This document shows, piece by piece, positions 51,463-61,019 of a DNA stretch of 64,000 nucleotides (position 1 is its first letter; each line of letters begins with the position of its first letter). Under the pieces are notes generated by a model that did no database searches, was not told where the DNA came from, and saw only the letters and a program-made list of their open reading frames with translations. Source of the stretch: a virus (lineage: Duplodnaviria; Caudoviricetes). The DNA lies in the IMG/VR virus record IMGVR_UViG_3300042858_000011, positions 24,010 through 88,009 of that record, one strand, 5' to 3'. The translations under genes were made by a program, and so were the position numbers.

Positions 51463-52575
51463 TTAGATATCTATATCCAATTCATCAAGTTGATGATTTT
51501 TCTTTTTTGTTTTTTTGTTTGTGTCTATATCCTCTGTTGATAATACATCTTCAGTATTCTGCATATTAGCAAGTATGTCCATTTCTGTTTGACTATCAGA
51601 AACATTATCTTCAAACATATATGGTTTGACTAATATCTCGTATGTACTAGTGTTAATTAAATTATCAAGCTGTTCTCTGAACTTTGTATCATTTTTGTAT
51701 AGAGTTATAACATCTTTTATTAATAAACCTTTGTCTGTAAATGGAAACTTTAATCTTCCTTGCTTTGATTCAATTACATTATAATCAACTAGAAATTGTA
51801 ATGATGATAGCAAATCAAAGAACCCGTATTTGTCAGAGAATGCTATTTTTATACTCTTCCCACTAGTAAACAATCTGTTCTTTATAATACCAGCTTCGAC
51901 GAATCTTATTTGAACATTACCTGCTAACTCTTTTGTTTCTTTTGCTATTAGATACAGCATTTGATTTGCTGCATACAGTAATGCAGCTCCACCCGGTATC
52001 CTGTATTTTCCCTTTATTGTTAGTAATCCAGTTGATCCAAAGGGAGTTAAACTTATGTTCTCTTTCATGTGAGCAGTTATAACAACGGTTAGATTATAGT
52101 CAATTTTGTATCTAAACAGTTTGTTTATTAGTCTGGTTAACAGATTTGCTTTTATACCTAGTGCTATACTATCTGTTAGTGAACTAAATTCTTGTTTCGT
52201 TGATAGTGCTGATATGCTATCTATAACTAACAAAGTTTTCTTATCTTGTAATTTTGGCAATAATTCTGATTCAATTGCTTCATCCAATTCTTCTATAGTT
52301 GGAGCATATTGTATGAGATCATTCAAATCTAATCCAAATGCTTTAGCTCTTGTTTCTGTTACAGCAATTTCTGTGTCCAAATAGAATATTTGATAACCCT
52401 GCTTCTTAAATTGTGATGCAATTTGAATAGATAATTGTGTCTTACCTGCACCTGGAGTTCCTACAATCAGTACTATTCCTCTTTCTTCTATTCCACCTCC
52501 TAATATACTATCCAATACTTTAATTTGAGTGGGTATAATTTTTCTCTCTACAAATCTACCTGTTTTTGTAAACAT
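51463..52575 (-). CDS. RecA/UvsX-like recombinase
   Basis: LDSILGGG, GTPGAGKT, YLDTE, VIDSIS, IPGGAAL, KNR. Confidence 0.92.
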   Translation of the reverse strand: MFTKTGRFVERKIIPTQIKVLDSILGGGIEERGIVLIVGTPGAGKTQLSIQIASQFKKQGYQIFYLDTEIAVTETRAKAFGLDLNDLIQYAPTIEELDEAIESELLPKLQDKKTLLVIDSISALSTKQEFSSLTDSIALGIKANLLTRLINKLFRYKIDYNLTVVITAHMKENISLTPFGSTGLLTIKGKYRIPGGAALLYAANQMLYLIAKETKELAGNVQIRFVEAGIIKNRLFTSGKSIKIAFSDKYGFFDLLSSLQFLVDYNVIESKQGRLKFPFTDKGLLIKDVITLYKNDTKFREQLDNLINTSTYEILVKPYMFEDNVSDSQTEMDILANMQNTEDVLSTEDIDTNKKTKKKNHQLDELDIDI

Positions 52576-52597
52576 AAACAAAAATTTAGACTGAGTG

Positions 52598-53872
52598 CTA
52601 AACACTAATTGTTAGTTTATCTCTATCAATATGTACAAACAATTTAACACTAATTATTCTATTGTAGATATTAAATGTAAACAAAAGTTCAATGTATACT
52701 AAACCAAGTGCTTCCACATGTTCTATGTTTAGTATTTGAAAATCTTGTACAATTTCTTTCAGATACAAATTTATATCATCTACGAATGCATTAAGCGCAT
52801 CCAAAACCTTATTTATACTAAGCGAATGTAGAGCCCTTAATAAATAGACTCTTAATATTTTCTTCAAAATAGATATTCCTGCTATGAAGTATTCTTGATA
52901 AAATTTGTGCTTGTGTGTGTAAAGATAATCTGTTAATACATCTTCAGCAATTAACTGAGTTGTATTTGTATTCGGATCAATTAAATACTTAAAATCAGCA
53001 TGATCAACTGTTAAAGTTTTTTGTTGTAATCTTGCTTGTAGTAACAGAGCATAGTATATGTAAGACAATAAAATATCTTTATCTCTAAAGTAAGGAAGGT
53101 AATTAAATTGAAAGACTTCATGTGTCAAAGAATCATTATCTAGTCTGCGTAAAGCAAATAGGTATTCCTTCTGATTCACTTCAGGATAATGATGCGAAGC
53201 ATAAACAACAAAACCAGAACCGTAAACTTCCTTATATTCATAGTATAGTTTGTTTAGCCAATCATCCATAATAGGTATTTGTTCTGCATCTAATTGTTCA
53301 GGTAAAACTATAAATGTAATATCATAACCAGTTGTTAATGTTCTGTATAAGTTATATAATAAATCTTCAAACTGAATCACCTCAATTGTATAAGTTAAAG
53401 CTTGATCATCCAAATCATTTATGTTTATATTGTTTAAACTTTCCCTATCTATAAAAAATGCATCTGTGATATCTCTGTGATTTGTGTAATCAATCAATCT
53501 TAATTGAGATGATAATATCTTTGCTCTTATGTTAAGACCTGCTGGTAAAGTTCTTATTGAGTATGCAATAGTTTGATTACTTATTGATAGTTTGTAGTAG
53601 ACTACTGTGCTTGTTCTTGTTTCTGGTAGAACATACACATAGAAGGGTAAGTTGTTACTTGCTAACTTCCAAGCAACAAAATAAGAACTGTAGCTATTAC
53701 TATTAATTATCTCAATGGGAATTTTACTTACTAATTTATTCAAACTATTAATAAAGATTAAATCTTTTGTGTATGCTTTACCCTTAACAAAAATAATAGT
53801 TGTTAGCGGATCAAATTTTGGTTCTTCTACTTTTTCCTTTATAAAAGTGTTAAGCTGCAAAGCATAAAACAT
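52598..53872 (-). CDS. divergent tail-sheath-like protein
   Basis: C-terminal helix + VYIELLF..NRIISVKLFV pattern parallels sheath C-domain; AGC-class motif. Confidence 0.45.
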   Translation of the reverse strand: MFYALQLNTFIKEKVEEPKFDPLTTIIFVKGKAYTKDLIFINSLNKLVSKIPIEIINSNSYSSYFVAWKLASNNLPFYVYVLPETRTSTVVYYKLSISNQTIAYSIRTLPAGLNIRAKILSSQLRLIDYTNHRDITDAFFIDRESLNNININDLDDQALTYTIEVIQFEDLLYNLYRTLTTGYDITFIVLPEQLDAEQIPIMDDWLNKLYYEYKEVYGSGFVVYASHHYPEVNQKEYLFALRRLDNDSLTHEVFQFNYLPYFRDKDILLSYIYYALLLQARLQQKTLTVDHADFKYLIDPNTNTTQLIAEDVLTDYLYTHKHKFYQEYFIAGISILKKILRVYLLRALHSLSINKVLDALNAFVDDINLYLKEIVQDFQILNIEHVEALGLVYIELLFTFNIYNRIISVKLFVHIDRDKLTISV

Positions 53873-53894
53873 TTATTTGTTAGCTCAAGTCAAA

Positions 53895-54113
53895 ATGCTT
53901 TTCACAGAAATGCAAATATACCTTGACTTAAACAATGAAGAGGTTATCACTTTACCTTCATACACTATATATCAATACAGACCTGAGATCATGGCTTTAA
54001 GAGAAAAAAATATAATTTATCATGATCAGATAAATGATTACATAAAGTTTAACATACTAATAAATACGAAGAAGAAGTTTATATCCGATTTTGAATTTGT
54101 AGATAGATTTTAG
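53895..54113 (+). CDS. small hypothetical protein
   Basis: AGC 13 nt before MLFTEM. Confidence 0.55.
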   Translation: MLFTEMQIYLDLNNEEVITLPSYTIYQYRPEIMALREKNIIYHDQINDYIKFNILINTKKKFISDFEFVDRF

Positions 54114-54124
54114 CAGAATTCAAG

Positions 54125-54145
54125 CAAGAAGTGGGAGTAGCTCAC
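54125..54145 (+). mobile_element. minimal IS200/IS605 scar
   Basis: caagaagt-gggagtagctcac: LE start and RE end without hairpin. Confidence 0.45.
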
Positions 54146-54531
54146 TCTAAATCAACTCCAAATCTAAAGACCATGTAGTAATGTAGAAGTTTTGTGTATA
54201 TGAGATCTAAAACTAGTGCTTCACTTCCAAAACATTCAATTAAAATATCGTATGTTTCCTCGTTTATAACATTTTTAAAGTTACGAGTTAATCTTACTAT
54301 CTCGTTTGATACATATGATTCAAAATCTACAAAATTACCGACTATTGTATCATTAAATTGTGATAGAGCCAAAGCATTAGCTATACAATAATTTTCTACT
54401 ATCTCCATACAAATTTGTTTTTTAAAATTGTCATACATGTCCATTTCCAATTCATATTCTTGATCTATATCCTCATCTACAAAATCATTAGTTTTGTCTC
54501 TCATAAAGATTTTTTTTAGCCAATCAAACAT
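54142..54531 (-). CDS. hypothetical protein
   Basis: AGC 13 nt before MFDWLKK. Confidence 0.65.
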   Translation of the reverse strand: MFDWLKKIFMRDKTNDFVDEDIDQEYELEMDMYDNFKKQICMEIVENYCIANALALSQFNDTIVGNFVDFESYVSNEIVRLTRNFKNVINEETYDILIECFGSEALVLDLIYTKLLHYYMVFRFGVDLE

Positions 54532-54562
54532 ATTCCCAACAGCTGTTACAAAAAATAAAAAA

Positions 54563-55222
54563 CTAACATTTAGCGACGCTAGGGAATAATTTATCACGAT
54601 AATATAATCCTTTCGGATCCCACTTTGGATTAAAACAAGGAACTGCTGCTACATATCTGAACGATACACTGAACTGAGATAAATCAGTTGCAGATACGTC
54701 TCCTGCTATAGCATCATTCGATATTGATTCTGGGTAAACATTGTAGAATATGATTTTCAAATCTATTGCAGATAGGTCTGGTATTAGGTAATAGACTGTT
54801 AATCTACCAGACATTTTTGGTGGATCATAGTATATGGCTTTGCCTGAGAAGTCATCCCAAGTTTTTCTCCAAAGCAAGAAGAAATCTCTAGCAGAAGGTT
54901 TTCTTGTTTCCAGAAATTGTAAGGTTATGGTTCCTGGCTCTTCATGCTTAGGAGCAGATATAGCATATCTACCACCATACACTTGTTGCTTTGCATAAGT
55001 AGATCTCGGTATCCAGTCTGAAATAGATATGGTTCTAGCAGCTAATTTTACACCAAAATCTTTATCACCACCATATTTTGTTATGTAGTTAAATAAATCT
55101 CTATTAACATCTGGAACTAATCTTGGTAATTCTATTACAGCAAATGCAAAATTTGTTGTAGGTATTATGTCTGGTTCTGTTATTGATTTCTTTAATCCTG
55201 TCGCACCTGGAACATAAGGCAT
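54563..55222 (-). CDS. tail tube protein
   Basis: GTITLQFLE..FFLLW...IIFYNVYPESI...FSVSFRY gp19-like pattern. Confidence 0.75.
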   Translation of the reverse strand: MPYVPGATGLKKSITEPDIIPTTNFAFAVIELPRLVPDVNRDLFNYITKYGGDKDFGVKLAARTISISDWIPRSTYAKQQVYGGRYAISAPKHEEPGTITLQFLETRKPSARDFFLLWRKTWDDFSGKAIYYDPPKMSGRLTVYYLIPDLSAIDLKIIFYNVYPESISNDAIAGDVSATDLSQFSVSFRYVAAVPCFNPKWDPKGLYYRDKLFPSVAKC

Positions 55223-55285
55223 AAAGAACTTATGCTTTTGAGATCACAATATATCAAATTATTCAACCGCTCTAAATTTTAGACC

Positions 55286-55888
55286 ATGCGTATAATAATA
55301 GACGGACTTTCAAAAATTGGTAAATCATTTCTATTCAATGAACTTATGAAATATACAAAAAAGATTGTATTTATAGAACCCAAATATAATGAATGTGAGT
55401 TACAAAATTTAACAATAATTGATAGACAGAAAAAATTTATTGAGACATATTCCAAAATTACAAGAAATGCAATGAAATTTAATTCATTTGTAATGTATAG
55501 AAGTATTGTATCCGTTAATGTTTATAACATTCATTATTTCAAACTTAGATTGAACGATGATATTGATAACAATAGTATTTTGGAAAACATAGCTATTCTA
55601 CAAAAGTTATCACCATTAGTTATATTTCTTCACTGTTCAGATATTGACATTTTGAAAGACATTTATTACTACATGATTTATAATGTTCCATCAGAAAGCA
55701 TGTTCTTCAAATCACTAAAATCATTCACAGAGGATAATCTTGAGATAGGTTATAAGTTGCTAGAAAGTTACAATAAGTTTATGTTTACAACTAAAATTTA
55801 TGATCTAAAGGATTTCTACAATGGTAATGTGATAGATTCTTTCACGAAGAGAAATGAATCAATTTTGAAAAATATTCTGTTAAAGTAA
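55286..55888 (+). CDS. P-loop nucleotide kinase-like protein (dNMP kinase family)
   Basis: MRIIIDGLSKIGKS N-terminus, YRS..S..VY. Confidence 0.6.
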   Translation: MRIIIDGLSKIGKSFLFNELMKYTKKIVFIEPKYNECELQNLTIIDRQKKFIETYSKITRNAMKFNSFVMYRSIVSVNVYNIHYFKLRLNDDIDNNSILENIAILQKLSPLVIFLHCSDIDILKDIYYYMIYNVPSESMFFKSLKSFTEDNLEIGYKLLESYNKFMFTTKIYDLKDFYNGNVIDSFTKRNESILKNILLK

Positions 55889-56043
55889 AAGTTTTTTTGA
55901 TGATTCAGAGCATACACAAAAAGAAACAGAGATTATTGAAAATGCCACCAGTAAAAAATGATTTACCTGCTCCAGATTCATTAACATTCATTGAGCCCTG
56001 GCCCGAAGGAGTTTGATTTTTTTGTAAACTATAAAACAAAAAA

Positions 56044-56982
56044 CTACTCACTATTAAGTATCTGAGCAATCAAATCTATCAAGCTAGCATCTTTATTCTT
56101 TTTTCTTAAATCTATCATCATCTCAATCAATTCAAGTTCATCTTTCTTGTCTAGTAATTGCATAACAGTTTCAATAGGAATATCCTCAATTCTATCAATA
56201 ACAAATGGTAAAGTTTTGATTGTTTCTTTTGTGAAGTTCTTTCTGTTTTTCCATAATGCAACTATGAATTGTTTGCTGAGTTCAATTCTATTAATACTAT
56301 AAATTTCAGCTATTGCTTTTGTTAACAGATTATCATCAATTAACTTAACATTTGCTCTCTGCACAATACATCCTTCTAATAGTTGTAGAGCATTTCTCAT
56401 ATTCGGATATGTAGTGTTTATTATTCTCATTAATTGTTGATCATCATATTGTATTTGTTCTTGTTCGCATATATATCTCAATCTATCAAGCATATCATTT
56501 TTTTGCATTTCTTCTATTTTTATTTGAACAAATCTAGATCTTAAGGATGGCAATAATCTTTCAGGAAAATTTGTTGTCATTATAAATCTAGCATAAGTAT
56601 GCTTATCTTCAATTATATTCAATAATGCTGATTGTGCTGCCATTGTTAAGCCACCCTGTGGTGCACCTACTTCTTCCATGAATACAATCCTAAAATTATC
56701 ATTTGCAGGCTTAACAGATATAAAAGGAGTAATTTTGTTACGTATAACATCTATGCCTCTGTCATCAGAAGCATTCAATACTAGAGCATTCTTCTCATTG
56801 TTTAGAATGTTTTTGATTATTATTCTGGCTATGGTTGTTTTACCTGTTCCTGGTGGACCATACAAAAGCAAATTTGGTATATTCTTGCTATCAATCATTT
56901 GTTTTATTTTCTCCTTTACATAATAAGGGAGTACAATATGCTCGAGTGAATCTGGTCTGTATTTCTCAACAAGCAAACCCAT
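56044..56982 (-). CDS. clamp loader ATPase subunit (RFC small/T4 gp44-like)
   Basis: LVEKYRP, LLYGPPGTGKTT, LNASDDRGIDVIR, AQSAL, LRSR. Confidence 0.93.
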   Translation of the reverse strand: MGLLVEKYRPDSLEHIVLPYYVKEKIKQMIDSKNIPNLLLYGPPGTGKTTIARIIIKNILNNEKNALVLNASDDRGIDVIRNKITPFISVKPANDNFRIVFMEEVGAPQGGLTMAAQSALLNIIEDKHTYARFIMTTNFPERLLPSLRSRFVQIKIEEMQKNDMLDRLRYICEQEQIQYDDQQLMRIINTTYPNMRNALQLLEGCIVQRANVKLIDDNLLTKAIAEIYSINRIELSKQFIVALWKNRKNFTKETIKTLPFVIDRIEDIPIETVMQLLDKKDELELIEMMIDLRKKNKDASLIDLIAQILNSE

Positions 56983-57055
56983 AACTATAATTTTAGTTTA
57001 GTTGTATAAATTACTTGATTATGAATGTTTAGACAGAACAGCTAAATTTGAGATT

Positions 57056-57847
57056 ATGAATATCCCTAGAATACTGGATAGAAAAAGTAATGGATTTAGC
57101 ATATTGGAAAATAACAAGGTATTTTGGAGAACAAACTCATTAGTTACATATAAGAGATGTCCATTATATTTCAAACTATTTATCATTGATCAGAAAGAAC
57201 AAAAACTAGACTTACCCAGGAATATAGCTCTAGCTCACGGAATTATTGTTCATAGAGCAGTTGAATTCTTACTGAGATTATATCTATTTGGTTTAAACGG
57301 AAGCACAAATCGATTACTACTTGAAGTTATTGATAATACGATAGCTGAGATATTAGAAGAAACAAATAATGTAGAGAATAAAAAGTTATTTAAAGACTCT
57401 ATAGAGTATGGATATTTAGCTAAGAAAGCATTTCAAGCCATACTAAGTTTAAATCAAAAAATAATAGATGTTGAAAGTGTTTATCTGTTTGAAAATGATA
57501 AATTCATACTCAAGTTAACACCAGATGTTATTTTATCAAATGCAATTGTTGATTTAAAAACAACTAGCAAACCATTATCAAATCTATATATTTACGATGA
57601 TTATAATTGGCAACTAAGTATTTATACCTCTCTATTTGATGTAGAGAAATCATATTTTATCTATGTATCATTTGCTGATATGGATGTAAGGATAGTGGAT
57701 AATACTGAACAAAAAAATAAGACGGAGGTATTAGAGACTATTAATAAGCTTACAGATAAAGTATTAAGATCAGAATACGAACCAAGAAAAAACCCTCTAT
57801 GTAGGTTTTGTAAATATCGAAGCAATTGCAGTTTATTTAACAAATAA
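57056..57847 (+). CDS. Cas4/RecB-like PD-(D/E)XK nuclease with 4-Cys Fe-S motif
   Basis: YKRCP, HGIIVH, PDV..IVDLKT, QLSIY, CRFCKYRSNC. Confidence 0.85.
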   Translation: MNIPRILDRKSNGFSILENNKVFWRTNSLVTYKRCPLYFKLFIIDQKEQKLDLPRNIALAHGIIVHRAVEFLLRLYLFGLNGSTNRLLLEVIDNTIAEILEETNNVENKKLFKDSIEYGYLAKKAFQAILSLNQKIIDVESVYLFENDKFILKLTPDVILSNAIVDLKTTSKPLSNLYIYDDYNWQLSIYTSLFDVEKSYFIYVSFADMDVRIVDNTEQKNKTEVLETINKLTDKVLRSEYEPRKNPLCRFCKYRSNCSLFNK

Positions 57848-57874
57848 TTTTTTGTTTTTATCAGCTAAACTAAA

Positions 57875-58570
57875 ATGCAGAAATTCTTTATGATTTCTGG
57901 CTTAACTATATACACACTGATACTCATGTTCATATTTGTAGATCTAGTTTATGTTTTTAAATCTTTTGCTGTGCATACGTTACAGACAATACCATTAGCG
58001 TTAGGTGTAGAATTATTAGCAGCATACTTTTCGTTTGCAGCTATCTATTATCGTAAATTAATTCTAAAGATTATTGCTTTATCATTTGGAGCATTTGTTT
58101 GGTTTTTAGTTATGACTGCAACTACAAAACTATGGACAGATATCTCTTTACTCTCAGTAGCAATAACTATATTTGTTCCTTTTGCTAACCTTGTTTTACC
58201 AAGTATAATTGCTTACATATTGAGTAATACAGAAAACAAACAAGTACAATTGAACCTAGAGTCTGCTAACAATAATAATGAAGAAACACCAAGAGTGGAT
58301 GCAGAAACAAACACTAAAAAGAATAACAATATATCATTTGATGTTATTGCTACAGAACAAAAAATTAAAGCTTTACAGCAGGACAAAGAATTAGTAGCAA
58401 AACTAAGTAAACTAAAACGTTTATTACACCGCTACAAAATAATAGAGTTCAATAACGGTTCTATCTATCTTGGTGTTGATAGAAAGCAAGCCAAAAACAT
58501 CAAATATTTAACCGCAGAAGATATAAAGAAACTAGATGGAGTTAAAATTGTATACAAAAATAAAACCTAA
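57875..58570 (+). CDS. membrane protein (4 N-terminal TM segments)
   Basis: Hydrophobic segments then soluble tail; AGC-class motif. Confidence 0.65.
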   Translation: MQKFFMISGLTIYTLILMFIFVDLVYVFKSFAVHTLQTIPLALGVELLAAYFSFAAIYYRKLILKIIALSFGAFVWFLVMTATTKLWTDISLLSVAITIFVPFANLVLPSIIAYILSNTENKQVQLNLESANNNNEETPRVDAETNTKKNNNISFDVIATEQKIKALQQDKELVAKLSKLKRLLHRYKIIEFNNGSIYLGVDRKQAKNIKYLTAEDIKKLDGVKIVYKNKT

Positions 58571-59109
58571 CCAGTACTATTAGATTTTTTTGTTATTTGC
58601 TCTGCAATAAATGCTTCCAATTTCTGAATGATAGCATCAAGATATTCATAAACATTGTTTATATTGGTTTCGCTGTTCATAGCAGTTACAACTTTACTTA
58701 ATTCTTTTTGCAAGAATTTTAACACATACTTTTTCTCTAGATCATTTATTAGTTTCCTATGTAATATCTGTATCAGAGTTACAATATAATCTATTTTTGA
58801 GAGCAATATCTCTTTATATAGTTGTTCATCTATATCATTTACATTGATAGCATTTATATCATCTATATTGGATTGAACTTTATTTATATCTAACTCTGCA
58901 TCCAAATCTATTAAACTATCATCATTGTTTTCTAAACTGTTTTCTTGTTCATTTAAACTAAAATCCGTTAAACTTAAATCATTGTTTTTCAAACTGTTTT
59001 CATTATTGTTTAAATTTGTGCTTTCTGTTTTATTTCCTTCAGACTCCAAAAAGATTATGATGTTATTTATCTTTTTTATGCTACTATCAAAACTTTCGTA
59101 TGAAAACAT
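58567..59109 (-). CDS. Asn/Asp-rich hypothetical protein, probable virion protein
   Basis: AGC 12 nt before MFSYES. Confidence 0.6.
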   Translation of the reverse strand: MFSYESFDSSIKKINNIIIFLESEGNKTESTNLNNNENSLKNNDLSLTDFSLNEQENSLENNDDSLIDLDAELDINKVQSNIDDINAINVNDIDEQLYKEILLSKIDYIVTLIQILHRKLINDLEKKYVLKFLQKELSKVVTAMNSETNINNVYEYLDAIIQKLEAFIAEQITKKSNSTG

Positions 59110-59790
59110 AAAATGATAGCTACAACATACATTTGATAGCACATACTATAGAAAGTGAACTTAGTGAATATTTCACTTTTTTTGTACACAATACATTTCT
59201 TAAATCTTATTGCTTTCTTATCTACTGTTTTTGAATCGCATTGCATTAAAACTTCCAAACAATAGATGTAAGTCTAATATATTTGTTTGCAGAAAACATT
59301 TCAAATGTATATGATATACTGTTTCTAAATATCTATTAACAGAAAGATTCTGTGAATACGATTGCAAATACAGTTGTATTGAAATAAAATGAATTCTATT
59401 GCAATAGACAAAAAAAGAAATATTTCTCTGTAAACAGATTATGATCTATAGCATAACAGAATACAGTATTATATGTTTGCGAAAAACAGAAAATAGTTTT
59501 TCTTTATAATCTGTAGTCACAATAGTTTAATTTCTATTGCAAAGAACAAAAAAGTAAAATTTGATTGCATAGAAACTATTGTATCGTTTTGTATCTGATC
59601 TGTTAATTGTTTTGTCTTTCTGTTTCATTGTTTGTTATGCAATGCTAAATTATATATTTAGTATAATATGTTATATACATAACGTATAGAGGATAAATAA
59701 GCTATAAATATTGTTACTATATCGGAACGGAATAATAACAGTACAGTATACATATTATCTATAACGTTATTACGAAATAGATAGATTATC

Positions 59791-59890
59791 AGAAAAAAAG
59801 ATACAATAGAAAAAAAAGATTCAATAGAAAAAAAGATACAATAGAAAAAAAGAAAACAATAAAAAAAAAGAAAACAATAGAAAAAAGATA
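59791..59890 (+). repeat. tandem 17-18 bp A-tract repeats (5 full + partial) in ~1-kb non-coding region
   Basis: Unit approx. AGAAAAAAAGATACAAT. Confidence 0.9.
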
Positions 59891-60200
59891 TATGTATCAT
59901 ACATAATAAGTATCGTCTATATACTTACTATATAGTTTAGCTATAGTGTAGTAAAAGTTTTATTCACTATGCCTAAACTTACTTATAGAATGTTCAACAA
60001 AACAAAAAGAGAGAAGAAATCTTCAAGTTTCCTTTTGCAGTTCTATATCATTAGTTTGCATTTTACATTATTGCAATTATGATATAGTTTGATTGCACTT
60101 ATGCTAAATTTATAGTCCATAGTCTCAGAAAACCAAACAAAAAAAGAGGGAGGATTTATTTTGACAACTCATTGTTAGCAGGTAAACTAAATTTATCATT

Positions 60201-61019
60201 ATGACAAACGTAACTAACCAAAAAGCAATTGTACTATTCAGTTCAGGATTAGATTCTGTTGTTAATGTTAGCATATTACAACATATTTACAAGATTGAAC
60301 CTATATTGTTGTTCATTGATTATGGACAAAAAGCATTAGAAGCTGAATTACAATCTACAAAAAGATTTGCTTCTGCAAATGGATTAAAATTAATCACACA
60401 TAAAATTAGTGATAGAATACTTGGTTCAAAATTGACAGATGGAAATAGTGATATTAATGTAGATGTATCTGATGGCAGAGAGGCTCCTGTAGATTTAGTT
60501 CCATATAGGAATTTACAGTTTGCATTGATAGGAGCACAATATGCTCGCAAATTAAACATTAACATAGTATCATTTGCATTCAATATTAGTGAAATGGGAG
60601 CATACCCAGATAACACAGATAGATTTCTTGAGAATTTGAATGAAATGTTTCTTGCTATTACATACTATCCCTATGAGCAACCAATCTTCTTCATAAGTCC
60701 AACAATAAGATTCACAAAAACAGAATTGGTAAAGCTTGGAACATATCTTGGAGCAGATTTCAAAAATTCAACATCTTGCTATTATCCTATTAACAATTTA
60801 GCATGTGGAGTATGTAACTCATGTAGATTTAGAATAGAAGCATTCAAAAGAGCCAAAGTTAAAGATCACATAGATTATGCTATTGAAATAGATTTTGATT
60901 CTCAACCGGTAAGTTATGAAGATGTTAAAATGCTCTTGGATATAGCATTACAGGATAAACAGAAACTAGAACAAAAACTTGAGAAATTTGGACTTACTTT
61001 AGGAGCAAGCCATGTGTAA
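60201..61019 (+). CDS. queC: 7-cyano-7-deazaguanine synthase QueC
   Basis: FSSGLDS, DYGQ, VPYRN, YPDNT, SCYY...CGVCNSCRFR. Confidence 0.95.
   Translation: MTNVTNQKAIVLFSSGLDSVVNVSILQHIYKIEPILLFIDYGQKALEAELQSTKRFASANGLKLITHKISDRILGSKLTDGNSDINVDVSDGREAPVDLVPYRNLQFALIGAQYARKLNINIVSFAFNISEMGAYPDNTDRFLENLNEMFLAITYYPYEQPIFFISPTIRFTKTELVKLGTYLGADFKNSTSCYYPINNLACGVCNSCRFRIEAFKRAKVKDHIDYAIEIDFDSQPVSYEDVKMLLDIALQDKQKLEQKLEKFGLTLGASHV

Noticed and set aside
59791-59890. Possible CRISPR array
   Set aside because: Units are contiguous low-complexity tandem repeats with no unique spacers
59658-59900. 80-aa Phe-rich ORF
   Set aside because: Artefact of reading the A-tract repeats on the minus strand
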